This document shows positions 40,995 to 51,764 of a stretch of 64,000 bases of DNA, one piece after another. Within the stretch, counting starts at the first letter, position 1. Every line of letters begins with the position of its first letter. The stretch is from the NCBI GenBank assembly GCA_038123695.1, contig JAYPAO010000004.1:19328-83327 (forward strand). Reading direction: 5' to 3'. The translations under genes and the position numbers were made by a program. Source of the DNA: Polaribacter sp. Lineage in GTDB: Bacteria; Bacteroidota; Bacteroidia; Flavobacteriales; Flavobacteriaceae. The notes under the pieces were generated by a model that was given only the letters and a program-made list of their open reading frames with translations, searched no databases and was not told the origin of the DNA.

Positions 40995-41691
40995 TATATG
41001 TTTAGCGCTTGGCTTATTATTAAGTGCTCAGGCCCAAACTACGTCTAAGGATAATAAGAAGGAGGTGAATGACACTGTTATCTACAAATCACCTTACGGG
41101 CTTCGATTAGGGATTGACATCAGTAAACCGATTAAGGCTAGTTTAGATCAAAGTTATTCCGGATTTGAAATTGTGGGTGATTATAGAATAAGCAAACGAT
41201 TTTTCATTGCAGCAGAAATTGGGTATGAAGAAGAAAATACGGTCGAAGACTATTCAAACTCCACCGCTAAAGGAAGTTATATGAGGGTTGGATTTAATTT
41301 CAATTCCTATAAAAACTGGTTAGACATGAATAACGAAATCTTTTTAGGGATGCGTTACGGTTTGAGCTTTTTTGATCAAACGTTGAATAGTTATACGACA
41401 AATATAACAGACCCCGATATCGGAATATATTTTCCACCGAATACAGTTACTACCCCACAAACATCAAGTTTACATGCACATTGGACGGAATTTGTTGTCG
41501 GTATTAAATCAGAAGTACTTCAAAATACCTTCATTGGTTTAAGTGTTTCTTACAAGATTTTGGTGAGTAGTAAAGAGCCAGAGAATTTCAAGACTTTATA
41601 TGCTCCAGGATTCAATAGAATCTTTGAAAGTGGAACTGGATTTGGGTTTAATTACACGGTTTCTTACTTGATTCCTTTCAAGAAAAAATAA
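40975..41691 (+). CDS. DUF6048-like outer-membrane beta-barrel protein
   Basis: Signal peptide; YGLRLGID; C-terminal APGF...GFNYTVSYLIPF. Confidence 0.7.
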   Translation: MCRYFISICLALGLLLSAQAQTTSKDNKKEVNDTVIYKSPYGLRLGIDISKPIKASLDQSYSGFEIVGDYRISKRFFIAAEIGYEEENTVEDYSNSTAKGSYMRVGFNFNSYKNWLDMNNEIFLGMRYGLSFFDQTLNSYTTNITDPDIGIYFPPNTVTTPQTSSLHAHWTEFVVGIKSEVLQNTFIGLSVSYKILVSSKEPENFKTLYAPGFNRIFESGTGFGFNYTVSYLIPFKKK

Positions 41692-41735
41692 TTTATTTGC
41701 ATTAATTTTTTACATTTACCTTTCAATCAGTTACA

Positions 41736-42683
41736 ATGAACAGAATTCCTAGTGTTGATTTACGCGATTTTCTGTCTGAAAATCCAGAGAAAAAACAAAG
41801 ATTTATTGATGAAATTGGAATGGCCTATGAAAACATAGGTTTTGTTGCCTTAAAGGGGCATTTCCTTAATGATAACCTAGTATCTGAATTGTATGAAGAA
41901 GTGAAAAACTTTTTCAATTTACCTTTAGAAGTGAAGCAGAAATATGAGATTCCAGGAATTGGAGGACAGCGTGGATATGTTTCCTTCGGAAAAGAATCTG
42001 CAAAAGGTAAAAAAGAAGGGGACTTAAAAGAATTCTGGCATTTCGGTCAATATGTAGAAGATGATCCGATCAGGGCTAAGGAATATCCCGAAAATGTAAT
42101 TGTTGAGGAGTTACCAAAATTCAATGCTGTTGGAAAAACGACGTATCGAATGCTCGAAAAAACAGCAAAATACGTTTTACGCTCCTTGGCGCTCCATCTA
42201 GGTCTAGAAGAAACTTATTTTGATCATTTCATCAGAAACGGAAATAGTATTCTACGGCCTATTCACTACCCTCCTATTACCTCAGAACCAAAAGGTGCTG
42301 TTAGAGCAGCTGCTCATGGGGATATCAATTTAATTACCCTATTGATGGGAGCTCAAGGTAGAGGATTACAAGTTCAGAATCATAAAGGAGAATGGATTGA
42401 TGCCATCGCCGAACCGGATGAATTGATGATTAATGTTGGCGACATGTTATCAAGACATAGTAACAACAGATTAAAATCAACAATCCATCGCGTGGTAAAT
42501 CCTCCAAAAGAACTTTGGGGTTCATCGAGATATTCGATCCCATTTTTTATGCACCCGATTTCAGAAATGGAGTTGGATGTACTTGATAATTGTATAGATG
42601 AGAAGAATCCAAAACAATTCGACGACATCACAGCTGGAGAATTTTTAGAGGAGCGGTTAAGAGAATTGGGATTAAAGAAATAA
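41736..42683 (+). CDS. Isopenicillin N synthase family 2OG-Fe(II) oxygenase
   Basis: HGDIN, NVGDML, STIHRV, RYSIPFF. Confidence 0.9.
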   Translation: MNRIPSVDLRDFLSENPEKKQRFIDEIGMAYENIGFVALKGHFLNDNLVSELYEEVKNFFNLPLEVKQKYEIPGIGGQRGYVSFGKESAKGKKEGDLKEFWHFGQYVEDDPIRAKEYPENVIVEELPKFNAVGKTTYRMLEKTAKYVLRSLALHLGLEETYFDHFIRNGNSILRPIHYPPITSEPKGAVRAAAHGDINLITLLMGAQGRGLQVQNHKGEWIDAIAEPDELMINVGDMLSRHSNNRLKSTIHRVVNPPKELWGSSRYSIPFFMHPISEMELDVLDNCIDEKNPKQFDDITAGEFLEERLRELGLKK

Positions 42684-43006
42684 TGGACTTAAGAGATCAG
42701 CTTAAAAATTTATTCCCAGATCACGTTGAAACTGAAGTTGAGAAAAAAGAATCGTCAAATGTTTGGTTGCAAAATGAACCAATTATTTGTAAATACGAAA
42801 AGAGAAAAGGAAAGCCAATTACCATTCTAGAAGGATATAATGGCGCTCAAAAAGACTTTAAATTACTGGCAAAAGAAATTAAAACAATGCTTTCTGTCGG
42901 GGGCAGTTTTAAAGATGAAAAAATAATCATACAAGGTGATTATCGCGATAAAATAATGCAGTTATTGAAAAATAAAGGTTTTAATGTAAAACGAGTTGGA
43001 GGATAA
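42683..43006 (+). CDS. SUI1/YciH family translation initiation factor
   Basis: RKGKPITI...LSVGGSFKD..IIIQGD. Confidence 0.9.
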   Translation: MDLRDQLKNLFPDHVETEVEKKESSNVWLQNEPIICKYEKRKGKPITILEGYNGAQKDFKLLAKEIKTMLSVGGSFKDEKIIIQGDYRDKIMQLLKNKGFNVKRVGG

Positions 43007-43022
43007 ACCAAAATTCAATCTA

Positions 43023-43964
43023 ATGAAATCAAAAACTTTACATATTACTAACGGGGATAGCACCACAAACTATTTAAAGAAATTAAATATTGAAGGTGAA
43101 TTTATCACATGGCGCGAAATGTTATGTGAAGGAAAAACAACAATTGATGTTGGAAGTGAGCGATTTTGGAAAAACCGATTTTTATATCTGAAATCATCCT
43201 ACAAGGTAACCAAGCAAAAGTTTATCAATTATACCTTGAAGGAATACAGAAACCTTTGTAACAAAAAACAACTTGATGAGATCGTACTTTGGTTCGAAAA
43301 TGATTTGTTTTGTCAAATCAATATGATTGCGGTTATTAGTTGGTTAAAGCGCTATCGCAAGGGATATACAATTAGTATTATACAACCAAAACAAAAGTCA
43401 TCAACCGTTTACAAAGGATTTTCAGAATTGACCGAAAATCAAATCTCTCAAGCTCTAAAGAAACGTATTCATCTAACTTTGGATGATATTGAATATGCAG
43501 ATTATATCTGGCAATTATACTGTTCTGATAGTCCGCTGCGCTTAGAGGTGGTGTATAAATTTAATCCGATGTCACCTTTCCAGAATTTGACTACAGCAGT
43601 TGAAGATCATTTAAAACGCTTCCCTTCTATTCATAACGGATTGAATGCAGTGGAAAATGAAATCTTATCCGTTGCCCATGCCAACGTGCTTAAAAATAAA
43701 GATCAATTGGTTGGTACACTATTGAAATCACAGCCACATTATGGTTATGGTGATTTACAGTACCTCCAAAAATTAGAACAATTAAAATCATTATTTACCT
43801 CATTCAATCCAGTAAAGCTTAGTAGAAAAGGTAAGCAGGTTTTAGAAAGTAAATTGAATTTCTATAGTAAACTTAGAAACGAAGAAAGTTACTTGGGAGG
43901 CGCAAAAAAATATAGTTTCTTGTACAACTCCGATACAGAAAAATTACTTCAAATAACCTCTTAA
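43023..43964 (+). CDS. DUF1835 domain protein
   Basis: LHITNGDS, WREMLCEG, VLWFENDLFCQIN. Confidence 0.8.
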   Translation: MKSKTLHITNGDSTTNYLKKLNIEGEFITWREMLCEGKTTIDVGSERFWKNRFLYLKSSYKVTKQKFINYTLKEYRNLCNKKQLDEIVLWFENDLFCQINMIAVISWLKRYRKGYTISIIQPKQKSSTVYKGFSELTENQISQALKKRIHLTLDDIEYADYIWQLYCSDSPLRLEVVYKFNPMSPFQNLTTAVEDHLKRFPSIHNGLNAVENEILSVAHANVLKNKDQLVGTLLKSQPHYGYGDLQYLQKLEQLKSLFTSFNPVKLSRKGKQVLESKLNFYSKLRNEESYLGGAKKYSFLYNSDTEKLLQITS

Positions 43965-44833
43965 TGAGTTTAAAACCTTCTGAATTAATCTTAAATCCAG
44001 ATGGTAGTATTTACCATTTGAATTTAAGGCCCGAAAATATTGCCAATGATATTTTATTTGTTGGAGACCAAGATCGAGTAGACAAAATCACAGAACATTT
44101 CGATTCTATTGAGTTCACAACTCAGAAAAGAGAGTTTAAAACGACCACTGGGAAATATAACGGAAAAAGAATTTCTGTGATATCTACAGGAATTGGCAAT
44201 GATAATATTGATATTGTTTTAAATGAATTAGATGCTCTCGTGAACATTGATTTCGAATCTAAACAAGTCAAAACAGATATTACTTCTCTTAATATCGTTC
44301 GTATTGGAACTTCGGGTTCATTACAAGAAGATATACCTGTAAATTCCTTTATATTAAGCACTTATGCATTAGAATTAACAGGTACTCTATGGTCCTATCA
44401 AGTTGATTCCCTTCGAAATGAAGCTTTAGAAAATGCTTTTGTTTCTCATATGGACTGGTTAGAAAAAAAATCACACCCATTATTTATTCCTTGTTCTGAC
44501 ACATTATTTTCAAAACTTGATTCCAATGTTATGTATAAGGGGATTACTGCTACAGCCAATGGGTTTTATGGTCCACAAGGTCGAATTTTAAGACTTCCCA
44601 TTCAGGATGAGTTGATTAATGAAAAGTTAACTGATTTCGAATTTAGGGGTTTACGTATTTCAAATTTTGAAATGGAAACTGCTGGAATCTATGGTCTATC
44701 TTCATTATTTGGCCATTATGCCTGTTCTCTAAATGCAATTATTGCAAATAGAGCAAGTGGAACTTTTAGTGAAAATCCTGGGAAAGTTGTTGAAGACTTA
44801 ATTCAATATACATTGGACAAATTGACAAATTAA
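43964..44833 (+). CDS. Nucleoside phosphorylase (uridine phosphorylase-like)
   Basis: IYHLNL, STGIG, RIGTSGSLQ, GFYGPQGR, NFEMET. Confidence 0.9.
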   Translation: MSLKPSELILNPDGSIYHLNLRPENIANDILFVGDQDRVDKITEHFDSIEFTTQKREFKTTTGKYNGKRISVISTGIGNDNIDIVLNELDALVNIDFESKQVKTDITSLNIVRIGTSGSLQEDIPVNSFILSTYALELTGTLWSYQVDSLRNEALENAFVSHMDWLEKKSHPLFIPCSDTLFSKLDSNVMYKGITATANGFYGPQGRILRLPIQDELINEKLTDFEFRGLRISNFEMETAGIYGLSSLFGHYACSLNAIIANRASGTFSENPGKVVEDLIQYTLDKLTN

Positions 44834-44960
44834 TTTTAGTTGTAATATATTAGAGTTGAAATTGATTCATTAAAATAAAAAACAACAAGCAACGTTATAA
44901 ACACGGATGAAAATTCGTTTTACTTTGCTAAAAACTGTAAATTCGTCTCAGATATAGAAT

Positions 44961-45119
44961 ATGAAAAAAATTATAACATTTATCGCATTCATTGTTCTCT
45001 TGGTTTCTTTCTCATCTTGTAGAAGTACATCTAAGTCATGTGGCCTCGCAGAAACGGAAGCGACAAACCAAATAAAGTCACAACAAACTCCGGATATAGT
45101 GTTCGAGTTTGTTTCTTAA
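44961..45119 (+). CDS. Small lipoprotein, 52 aa (not in ORF track)
   Basis: MKKIITFIAFIVLLVSFSS-C-RSTSKSCGLAETEATNQIKSQQTPDIVFEFVS*; SPII signal; own terminator. Confidence 0.8.
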   Translation: MKKIITFIAFIVLLVSFSSCRSTSKSCGLAETEATNQIKSQQTPDIVFEFVS

Positions 45120-45133
45120 TTTCAAATTCATTA

Positions 45134-45160
45134 ATCCGCTTTATTGAGCGGATTTTTTTT
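45134..45160 (+). terminator. Intrinsic terminator
   Basis: AATCCGCT-ttattg-AGCGGATT-tttttt. Confidence 0.8.
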
Positions 45161-45824
45161 ACCAATTAATTTCTGTTTTCCCAAGGCTAATAAGGATTTG
45201 ATTCGTTTGAGAGAAATGTTTATTCCCAAACCAATAACCACGATTCGCACTTAATGGTGAAGGATGTCCAGAAGTCAAGACATGATGTTTAGAAGTGTCT
45301 ATCAATTTGATTTTCTTTTTTGCGAATCCTCCCCAAAGCAGAAAAACGACATTTTCTCTTTTACTACTGATATTTTGAATTACAGCATCTGTAAACGTTT
45401 CCCATCCTTGTTTTTGATGACTTCCTGCCTGACCAGCTTCAACAGTCAAGGTGGCATTAAGCAACAACACACCCTGTTGTGCCCAATGTTCTAAATTTCC
45501 ACTCTTCGGATAGGGATTACCCAAATCAGTTTCTATCTCTTTAAATATGTTGATTAAAGAAGGTGGGTGTGGTATTCCATCTGATACAGAGAAACACAGA
45601 CCATGGGCCTGATTAAGTCCGTGATAGGGGTCTTGTCCTAGAATAACAACCTTTAATTCATCCCACTTACAAAAATCAAAAGCCGAGAAAATCTTTGAAC
45701 CCTTGGGATAACAGGTTGTAGTAGTATAAGCGTTTCTAACAAAATTGGTTAAATGTTTAAAATAAGGTTTTTCAAACTCTGGTTGTAAAACTTTTTTCCA
45801 AGAATCTTCTATCCTAACCTGCAT
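45159..45824 (-). CDS. ung: Uracil-DNA glycosylase (family 1)
   Basis: ILGQDPYHG, PPSL, VLLLN, HPSPLSA. Confidence 0.97.
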   Translation of the reverse strand: MQVRIEDSWKKVLQPEFEKPYFKHLTNFVRNAYTTTTCYPKGSKIFSAFDFCKWDELKVVILGQDPYHGLNQAHGLCFSVSDGIPHPPSLINIFKEIETDLGNPYPKSGNLEHWAQQGVLLLNATLTVEAGQAGSHQKQGWETFTDAVIQNISSKRENVVFLLWGGFAKKKIKLIDTSKHHVLTSGHPSPLSANRGYWFGNKHFSQTNQILISLGKTEINW

Positions 45825-45859
45825 AGTCCGTATTTTTGCATCGTATCAAAGATACTATT

Positions 45860-48064
45860 TTGAGTATTAGAATTTCAAATAAAACATTACAGGATCTTGA
45901 GTTTCCAACGGTTTTAAAACAAGCCCAAGAATATTGTCTTACCTCTTTGGGTAAGGAGAAAATTGCGGAGTCAAAACCAATGATTGATGAAGAAATTTTA
46001 TCAAAAGAATTATCTTATGTTGATGAATATCTCTCTTCTTTTGAGAATGAAAATCGAATTCCCAGTCATGGTTTTGATGATATTTCATCCGAAGTTCAAA
46101 AATTAAAAATCGAAAATAGTTTTATAGAAAGTTCATCTTTCTTAAAAATAGCACAGCTATCAAATACGGTAAATTTTCAATTAAAGTTTTTAAAAAAATT
46201 CAAAGATGTATTTCCGAATTTATTTGAGTTGTCAAACGCTATATTTTACAATCCGGAGATTCCGAATGCTATTAAATCTATAATCGAGCCAAGCGGGGAC
46301 ATAAAGAATGATGCATCAAAAGCTTTAAAACAAATTCGTAAAGACTTGACGTATGTTCGAGGTAAAATTAATCAAAGTTTTAATAGTGCCTTATCCAAAG
46401 CAAATGCTTCAGGCTATTTAGATGATATTAGAGAGACTGTTATTGATAATCAACGTGTACTTGCAGTTTTAGCGATGCATCGCAGAAAGGTCGGTGGAAG
46501 CGTTTTAGGGTCTTCCAAATCAGGGAATATTGTTTATATCATTCCGAAAGAGAGCCTAAAGTATAGCAATGAATACAGCAATTTGATGTATGATGAAAAG
46601 CAAGAAATAATTGCTATTCTCAGAAGATTAGCGAATAATATTCGTCCGCATGCTCCTTTAATTGAGTCCTATATAAGCTATTTAACCCATATTGATTTTA
46701 TTAGTGCAAAGGCCAGTTATGCGAGAGACATCAATGCCTTATTACCCAAATTATCATCCAAAAAAGAAATCAATTTTAAAAAAGCCTTTCATCCATTATT
46801 ATTCAGAAACAATAAAGAACTAGGTCTTGAAACCGTAGACCAGGATATTCATTTGAATGAGAAACAGCAGATCGTAGTCATTTCCGGACCGAATGCTGGA
46901 GGAAAAAGTATCACCTTAAAAACAGTAGGTCTTTTACAACTTATGTTTCAGGCTGGATTTCTTATCCCAGTTGATGAGAAAAGTAGCACAACCATATTTA
47001 CTGGTATATTGACTGATATTGGAGACAATCAATCTATTGAAAATCAATTAAGTACTTATAGTTACCGTTTAAAAAACATGCGTAACTTTTTACAAAAGTG
47101 TAACGATAAAACCTTATTCTTAATTGATGAATTCGGTACAGGATCTGATCCGGAATTAGGAGGTGCATTAGCTGAAATTTTTTTAGAAGAGTTTTATTCG
47201 AAAGGGTCTTACGGAATTATTACCACCCACTACTCCAATTTAAAAGTACTGGCTAATGAGTTGCCTAATGTGACGAATGCGAATATGCAATTCAATGAAA
47301 GAACGATGGAACCTTTGTACAAATTATTCATTGGTCAAGCCGGAAGTTCTTTCACGTTTGAAGTCGCCCAAAAGATTGGAATTCCTTTCCGATTGATTAA
47401 TCAGGCTAAAAAAAGAGTTGTGAGCGAGAAAGTAAGATTAGATAAAACTATTTCCAGACTACAAAAGGAACGAAATAAACTTCAGAAGAATTCAAATTTC
47501 CTGGAAAAACAAAAATCTGAAAGTGAGAAGTTAAAAGAACAACTCTTAGAAAAGGAACAGAAAGTACAGGAAAAACTGGACAGCTTTGTTGAGTTATACG
47601 ATAACAATCAAAAGATGCTATCCCTTGGTCGAAAGATTAATGAGTTATTCAACACGTATTTCCAGACCAACAATAAGAAGAAACTTATCACCGAATTCAA
47701 TGCTTGGGTAGCTGCAGAAAAAATAAAATTTGCGAAAAGAAATCCGAAACCGGTAAAATCTAAAGTTGCTAAACAAAAAGTTACAGAGCAAAAAAAGAAA
47801 GAAGAAGCCAAAATTAAGGCAACTGAAAAATCTGTATTAAAAGATGTGACTAAAATTCGAAAAGAGAAAAAGCAAAAAGAAAATATCATTGCTAAAGAAA
47901 AGGCAAATTACGTATTCAAAATCAATGATCGTGTACGATTGATAGACTCAAATTCGGTGGGTACAATTGAATCAATTGAAAAAAATAAGGTAGTCATCAA
48001 CTTCGGACTATTTACCACAAAAACAACTACAAGCAAGCTGGAATTGGTAGAAAAAGCCAAGTAA
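45860..48064 (+). CDS. mutS2: MutS2 family protein lacking the C-terminal Smr domain
   Basis: SGPNAGGKS, DIGDNQSIEN.LSTYS, DEFGTGSDP; ends after a KOW-like domain; TTG start inferred. Confidence 0.88.
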   Translation: MSIRISNKTLQDLEFPTVLKQAQEYCLTSLGKEKIAESKPMIDEEILSKELSYVDEYLSSFENENRIPSHGFDDISSEVQKLKIENSFIESSSFLKIAQLSNTVNFQLKFLKKFKDVFPNLFELSNAIFYNPEIPNAIKSIIEPSGDIKNDASKALKQIRKDLTYVRGKINQSFNSALSKANASGYLDDIRETVIDNQRVLAVLAMHRRKVGGSVLGSSKSGNIVYIIPKESLKYSNEYSNLMYDEKQEIIAILRRLANNIRPHAPLIESYISYLTHIDFISAKASYARDINALLPKLSSKKEINFKKAFHPLLFRNNKELGLETVDQDIHLNEKQQIVVISGPNAGGKSITLKTVGLLQLMFQAGFLIPVDEKSSTTIFTGILTDIGDNQSIENQLSTYSYRLKNMRNFLQKCNDKTLFLIDEFGTGSDPELGGALAEIFLEEFYSKGSYGIITTHYSNLKVLANELPNVTNANMQFNERTMEPLYKLFIGQAGSSFTFEVAQKIGIPFRLINQAKKRVVSEKVRLDKTISRLQKERNKLQKNSNFLEKQKSESEKLKEQLLEKEQKVQEKLDSFVELYDNNQKMLSLGRKINELFNTYFQTNNKKKLITEFNAWVAAEKIKFAKRNPKPVKSKVAKQKVTEQKKKEEAKIKATEKSVLKDVTKIRKEKKQKENIIAKEKANYVFKINDRVRLIDSNSVGTIESIEKNKVVINFGLFTTKTTTSKLELVEKAK

Positions 48065-48148
48065 AAACAGGAAAACTTCTGGGGTTACTGCGAACGAATC
48101 TTAATTTACGTTAAATAAAGTTAAGTTTTTATTAAACTGCTTTTGAAG

Positions 48149-48175
48149 TGAAACATTTTTAAATATCCAACGTCT
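48149..48175 (+). promoter_or_regulatory. Putative ECF sigma promoter TGAAAC-N16-CGTCT
   Basis: Matches the general ECF AAC/CGT consensus, about 40 nt before the ATG at 48215. Confidence 0.55.
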
Positions 48176-48214
48176 CTTACTATGAACACGTTTAACATTA
48201 ATATTTATTTTATC

Positions 48215-48562
48215 ATGAAAAATTTTAAATCAATCATCGCTATTTTCACAATTAGCGCAGCAACAGTTTTCTCTTCTTATGCAAGTAATGAAAACCCACC
48301 AATCAAGAAAACTGAAAACTTAAGAGCAGAAATCGTTTCAATTTTAGGAACTCAGACTCCTTTCGATATTGCTCATACTTCAAAAGCAGAAGTTTTATTT
48401 ACAGTAAACGACAATAATGAAATTGTGGTATTATCTGTGAATTCAGATAGTAATGAATTAAACTCTTACGTAAAAAGCAAATTGAATTATAAGAAATTAA
48501 GCACTAAAGATCTCAAATCAAGAGCTTTATATACATTACCTGTAACCTTAAAAACACTATAA
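48215..48562 (+). CDS. Secreted hypothetical protein
   Basis: Signal peptide MKNFK...SSYA; EVLFTVN..NEIVVLSV...FVKSKLNY-like motif. Confidence 0.75.
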   Translation: MKNFKSIIAIFTISAATVFSSYASNENPPIKKTENLRAEIVSILGTQTPFDIAHTSKAEVLFTVNDNNEIVVLSVNSDSNELNSYVKSKLNYKKLSTKDLKSRALYTLPVTLKTL

Positions 48563-48606
48563 CAACTGTTGGTTAGTTGGTGCCTGAATGTTCACTTCAT
48601 GTGACT

Positions 48607-49266
48607 TCAGGCATTTTTTTGAATTAGACTCAACGGATCTGGACAATTCATTTTGAAGAAATCCAGATTTTTTTTTGACGATACGCCTGGATAATCTCCA
48701 AATTTACCTTGTAAATCTTTGATAACCTGAAAGTGAAGATGTGGAGCATAATCACCATTGATTTCAGAGGTTCCTAATTTTGCAAAATTTTGGCCTTTTT
48801 GAATCTTCTGTCCTATTTTTAAATTTTCGAGTGATTTTTTAGAAAGATGCCCGTAAAGAGAATACAATTTTTCTTTGCCTATTTTATGTTCTAAAATTAT
48901 TGTTGGTCCGTAATCTCCATAATTTTTATTAGTTGCAAAACTGTGTACTTGACCATCTTGAAATGCACAAACATTTGTTCCTGCTTTGCACCAAAAGTCA
49001 ATTCCTAAATGGATATTTCGTTTATCATCCTCCGATATCGATTGAAAATAGTCACTTCTATCATACAGGTTTCTAACCTCCAAATACCCTCCATAAGCCA
49101 CTTTAGCTTTATTTTTTGTTAAAACCGATTCTATATAATTTTCCCAAGCCGATGAAGAAGAAATATCGAACAAATTCAAATCTGAATTCCCTTCGGACAA
49201 ATCAATACTGCAATATTGATCGAACACTATTTCGGAATCTATAGGTAGGGTTCCCTCTAACGACAT
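48607..49266 (-). CDS. M23 family peptidase (no signal peptide)
   Basis: IHLGID, YSLYGHL, PHLHFQ. Confidence 0.85.
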   Translation of the reverse strand: MSLEGTLPIDSEIVFDQYCSIDLSEGNSDLNLFDISSSSAWENYIESVLTKNKAKVAYGGYLEVRNLYDRSDYFQSISEDDKRNIHLGIDFWCKAGTNVCAFQDGQVHSFATNKNYGDYGPTIILEHKIGKEKLYSLYGHLSKKSLENLKIGQKIQKGQNFAKLGTSEINGDYAPHLHFQVIKDLQGKFGDYPGVSSKKNLDFFKMNCPDPLSLIQKNA

Positions 49267-49278
49267 TTTATAAAAATA

Positions 49279-49307
49279 AAAAACTCCTGAACAAGTCAGG
49301 AGTTTTT
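49279..49307. terminator. Intrinsic terminator of the aconitase gene
   Basis: AAAAACTCCTGA-acaag-TCAGGAGTTTTT. Confidence 0.85.
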
Positions 49308-49324
49308 GTTATGTATAATTTGAA

Positions 49325-51592
49325 TTAGGCGTTTTGCTTTTTAATCAAGTTTAATGCAGAACCCTCTTTAAACCACTCAATTTGTCCCTGATTGTACGTA
49401 TGATTTGCTTTCACAATATCTGTACTCCCATCAGTGTGAACGACTTCAATAGTCAACGGTTTACCTGGCGAAAATTGATCTAAATCTAAGAAGTTAAATG
49501 TATCATCTTCTTGAATCAAATCATAATCATTCTCATTGGCAAAGGTTAGCCCTAACATTCCTTGTTTTTTCAAATTCGTTTCGTGAATTCGAGCAAAAGA
49601 CTTCACTAATACAGCTGCAACTCCTAAATGTCTAGGTTGCATTGCTGCGTGCTCTCTAGAAGAACCTTCTCCGTAGTTGTGATCCCCAACAACGATAGTT
49701 TTAATTCCGGCTGCTTTGTAAGCTCTTTGAGTCGCAGGAACTGCATCGTATTCACCCGTTAACTGGTTCTTAACGAAATTTGTTTTTTGATTGAAAGCAT
49801 TAACGGCACCAATCAATGTATTATTAGCGATATTATCTAAATGTCCTCTGTATCGCAACCATGGACCCGCCATAGAAATATGGTCTGTAGTGCACTTTCC
49901 GAAGGCTTTGATCAGTAATTTTGCTCCTTTGATATCTGATCCTAATGGAACAAAAGGGGTTAACAATTGAAGACGTTCTGAGTCATCCTTTACAGTAACT
50001 TCTACACCGCTTCCATCTTCCATTGGAGACAGGTACCCATTATCCTTTACATCGAAACCTTTTGGTGGTAACTCCCATCCTGTTGGCTCATCTAACATTA
50101 CTTCTTCTCCATTCTCATTGATTAGTGAATCCGTAATTGGGTTAAAATCCAGTCTACCAGCAATAGCAATTGCCGCCGTTAATTCAGGAGAGGCAACGAA
50201 AGCGTGTGTATTCGGGTTCCCATCAGCTCTTTTGGCAAAGTTTCTATTAAAAGAATGAACGATACTGTTTTTAGGAGCATTTTTCGGATCAGAATATCTA
50301 GCCCATTGTCCAATGCATGGTCCACAAGCGTTTGTAAATATTTTCGCGTTTAGTTTCTCAAATACATCTAATATTCCGTCTCTTTCTGCTGTATAACGCA
50401 CTTGTTCAGAACCTGGATTGATACCAAATTCTGCTTTAGTTTTTAATCCTTTATCTAAAGCTTGTTGCGCAATTGAAGAAGCTCTTGATAAATCTTCGTA
50501 CGAAGAGTTTGTACAAGAACCAATTAATCCCCACTCAACTTCTAATGGCCAATCATTTTCTGAAGCCTTCTTCGTCATTTCTTCACCTACATTAGTAGAT
50601 AAATCTGGAGTAAAAGGACCATTTAATAAAGGACCTAATTCTGATAAGTTGATTTCGATTACCTGATCAAAATATTGTTCTGGATTTTCATATACTTCAG
50701 GATCTGCAGTTAAATATTCTTTCACTGCATTCGCAGCATCAGCAACATCGGCTCTATCGGTAGCTCTTAGGTAACGCTCCATTGACTCGTCATAACCAAA
50801 AGTTGAAGTAGTCGCACCAATCTCAGCTCCCATGTTACAGATCGTGCCTTTACCGGTGCAAGACATTGCCGTAGCTCCAGGACCAAAATATTCTACTATG
50901 GCTCCTGTTCCACCTTTAACAGTTAAAATTTCTGCTACTTTTAAAATAACATCCTTTGGAGCAGTCCATCCAGACAATTTACCAATCAATTTAACACCAA
51001 TTAATTTTGGAAATTTCAACTCCCAAGCCATACCCGCCATCACATCAACAGCATCAGCTCCGCCTACTCCGATTGCAACCATTCCTAATCCACCGGCATT
51101 TACAGTATGTGAATCTGTACCAATCATCATTCCACCTGGAAAAGCGTAGTTTTCCAATACAACTTGATGGATAATACCTGCACCTGGTTTCCAGAATCCA
51201 ATTCCGTATTTATTAGAAACTGATTCTAAGAAATCAAATACCTCGCTGCTCACATTATTCGCATGTTTTAAATCGACAGCTGCACCACTTTTGGCCTGAA
51301 TCAGGTGATCACAATGCACCGTGGTTGGCACAGCAACCTTTTGTTTGCCTGCCTGCATAAATTGCAATAAAGCCATTTGTGCAGTAGCATCCTGACAAGC
51401 AATTCTATCAGGGGTAAATTCAACGTAATCTTTACCTCTAACGAATGCCGTTGTCGGGTTACCATCCCATAAGTGAGCGTATAAAATCTTCTCAGCAAGT
51501 GTTAAAGGAGTACCTGTTATTGCTCTCGCTGCATCAACACGCTCGGCAACACGAGCGTATACATTTTTGATCATTTCGATATCAAAAGCCAT
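49325..51592 (-). CDS. Aconitate hydratase (mitochondrial-like type)
   Basis: [46 protein letters not shown]. Confidence 0.96.
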   Translation of the reverse strand: MAFDIEMIKNVYARVAERVDAARAITGTPLTLAEKILYAHLWDGNPTTAFVRGKDYVEFTPDRIACQDATAQMALLQFMQAGKQKVAVPTTVHCDHLIQAKSGAAVDLKHANNVSSEVFDFLESVSNKYGIGFWKPGAGIIHQVVLENYAFPGGMMIGTDSHTVNAGGLGMVAIGVGGADAVDVMAGMAWELKFPKLIGVKLIGKLSGWTAPKDVILKVAEILTVKGGTGAIVEYFGPGATAMSCTGKGTICNMGAEIGATTSTFGYDESMERYLRATDRADVADAANAVKEYLTADPEVYENPEQYFDQVIEINLSELGPLLNGPFTPDLSTNVGEEMTKKASENDWPLEVEWGLIGSCTNSSYEDLSRASSIAQQALDKGLKTKAEFGINPGSEQVRYTAERDGILDVFEKLNAKIFTNACGPCIGQWARYSDPKNAPKNSIVHSFNRNFAKRADGNPNTHAFVASPELTAAIAIAGRLDFNPITDSLINENGEEVMLDEPTGWELPPKGFDVKDNGYLSPMEDGSGVEVTVKDDSERLQLLTPFVPLGSDIKGAKLLIKAFGKCTTDHISMAGPWLRYRGHLDNIANNTLIGAVNAFNQKTNFVKNQLTGEYDAVPATQRAYKAAGIKTIVVGDHNYGEGSSREHAAMQPRHLGVAAVLVKSFARIHETNLKKQGMLGLTFANENDYDLIQEDDTFNFLDLDQFSPGKPLTIEVVHTDGSTDIVKANHTYNQGQIEWFKEGSALNLIKKQNA

Positions 51593-51764
51593 AGTCAACT
51601 GATTTTTATAATTGCAGACAAAATTAAGCTATTTATGACAATATTTAAAGAGAAATTATAGATAGGTGTAATTTAATAATAATCAAATATTATGGAACAA
51701 TATATGGGGTTTCATTGAAATAAAATTAATGATTTTGAAGATTTAATGAATATATTTCAACAAA

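Noticed and set aside
51600-51764. Short ATG frames between aconitase and rnpB
   Set aside because: Only a few codons long; consistent with AT-rich promoter DNA
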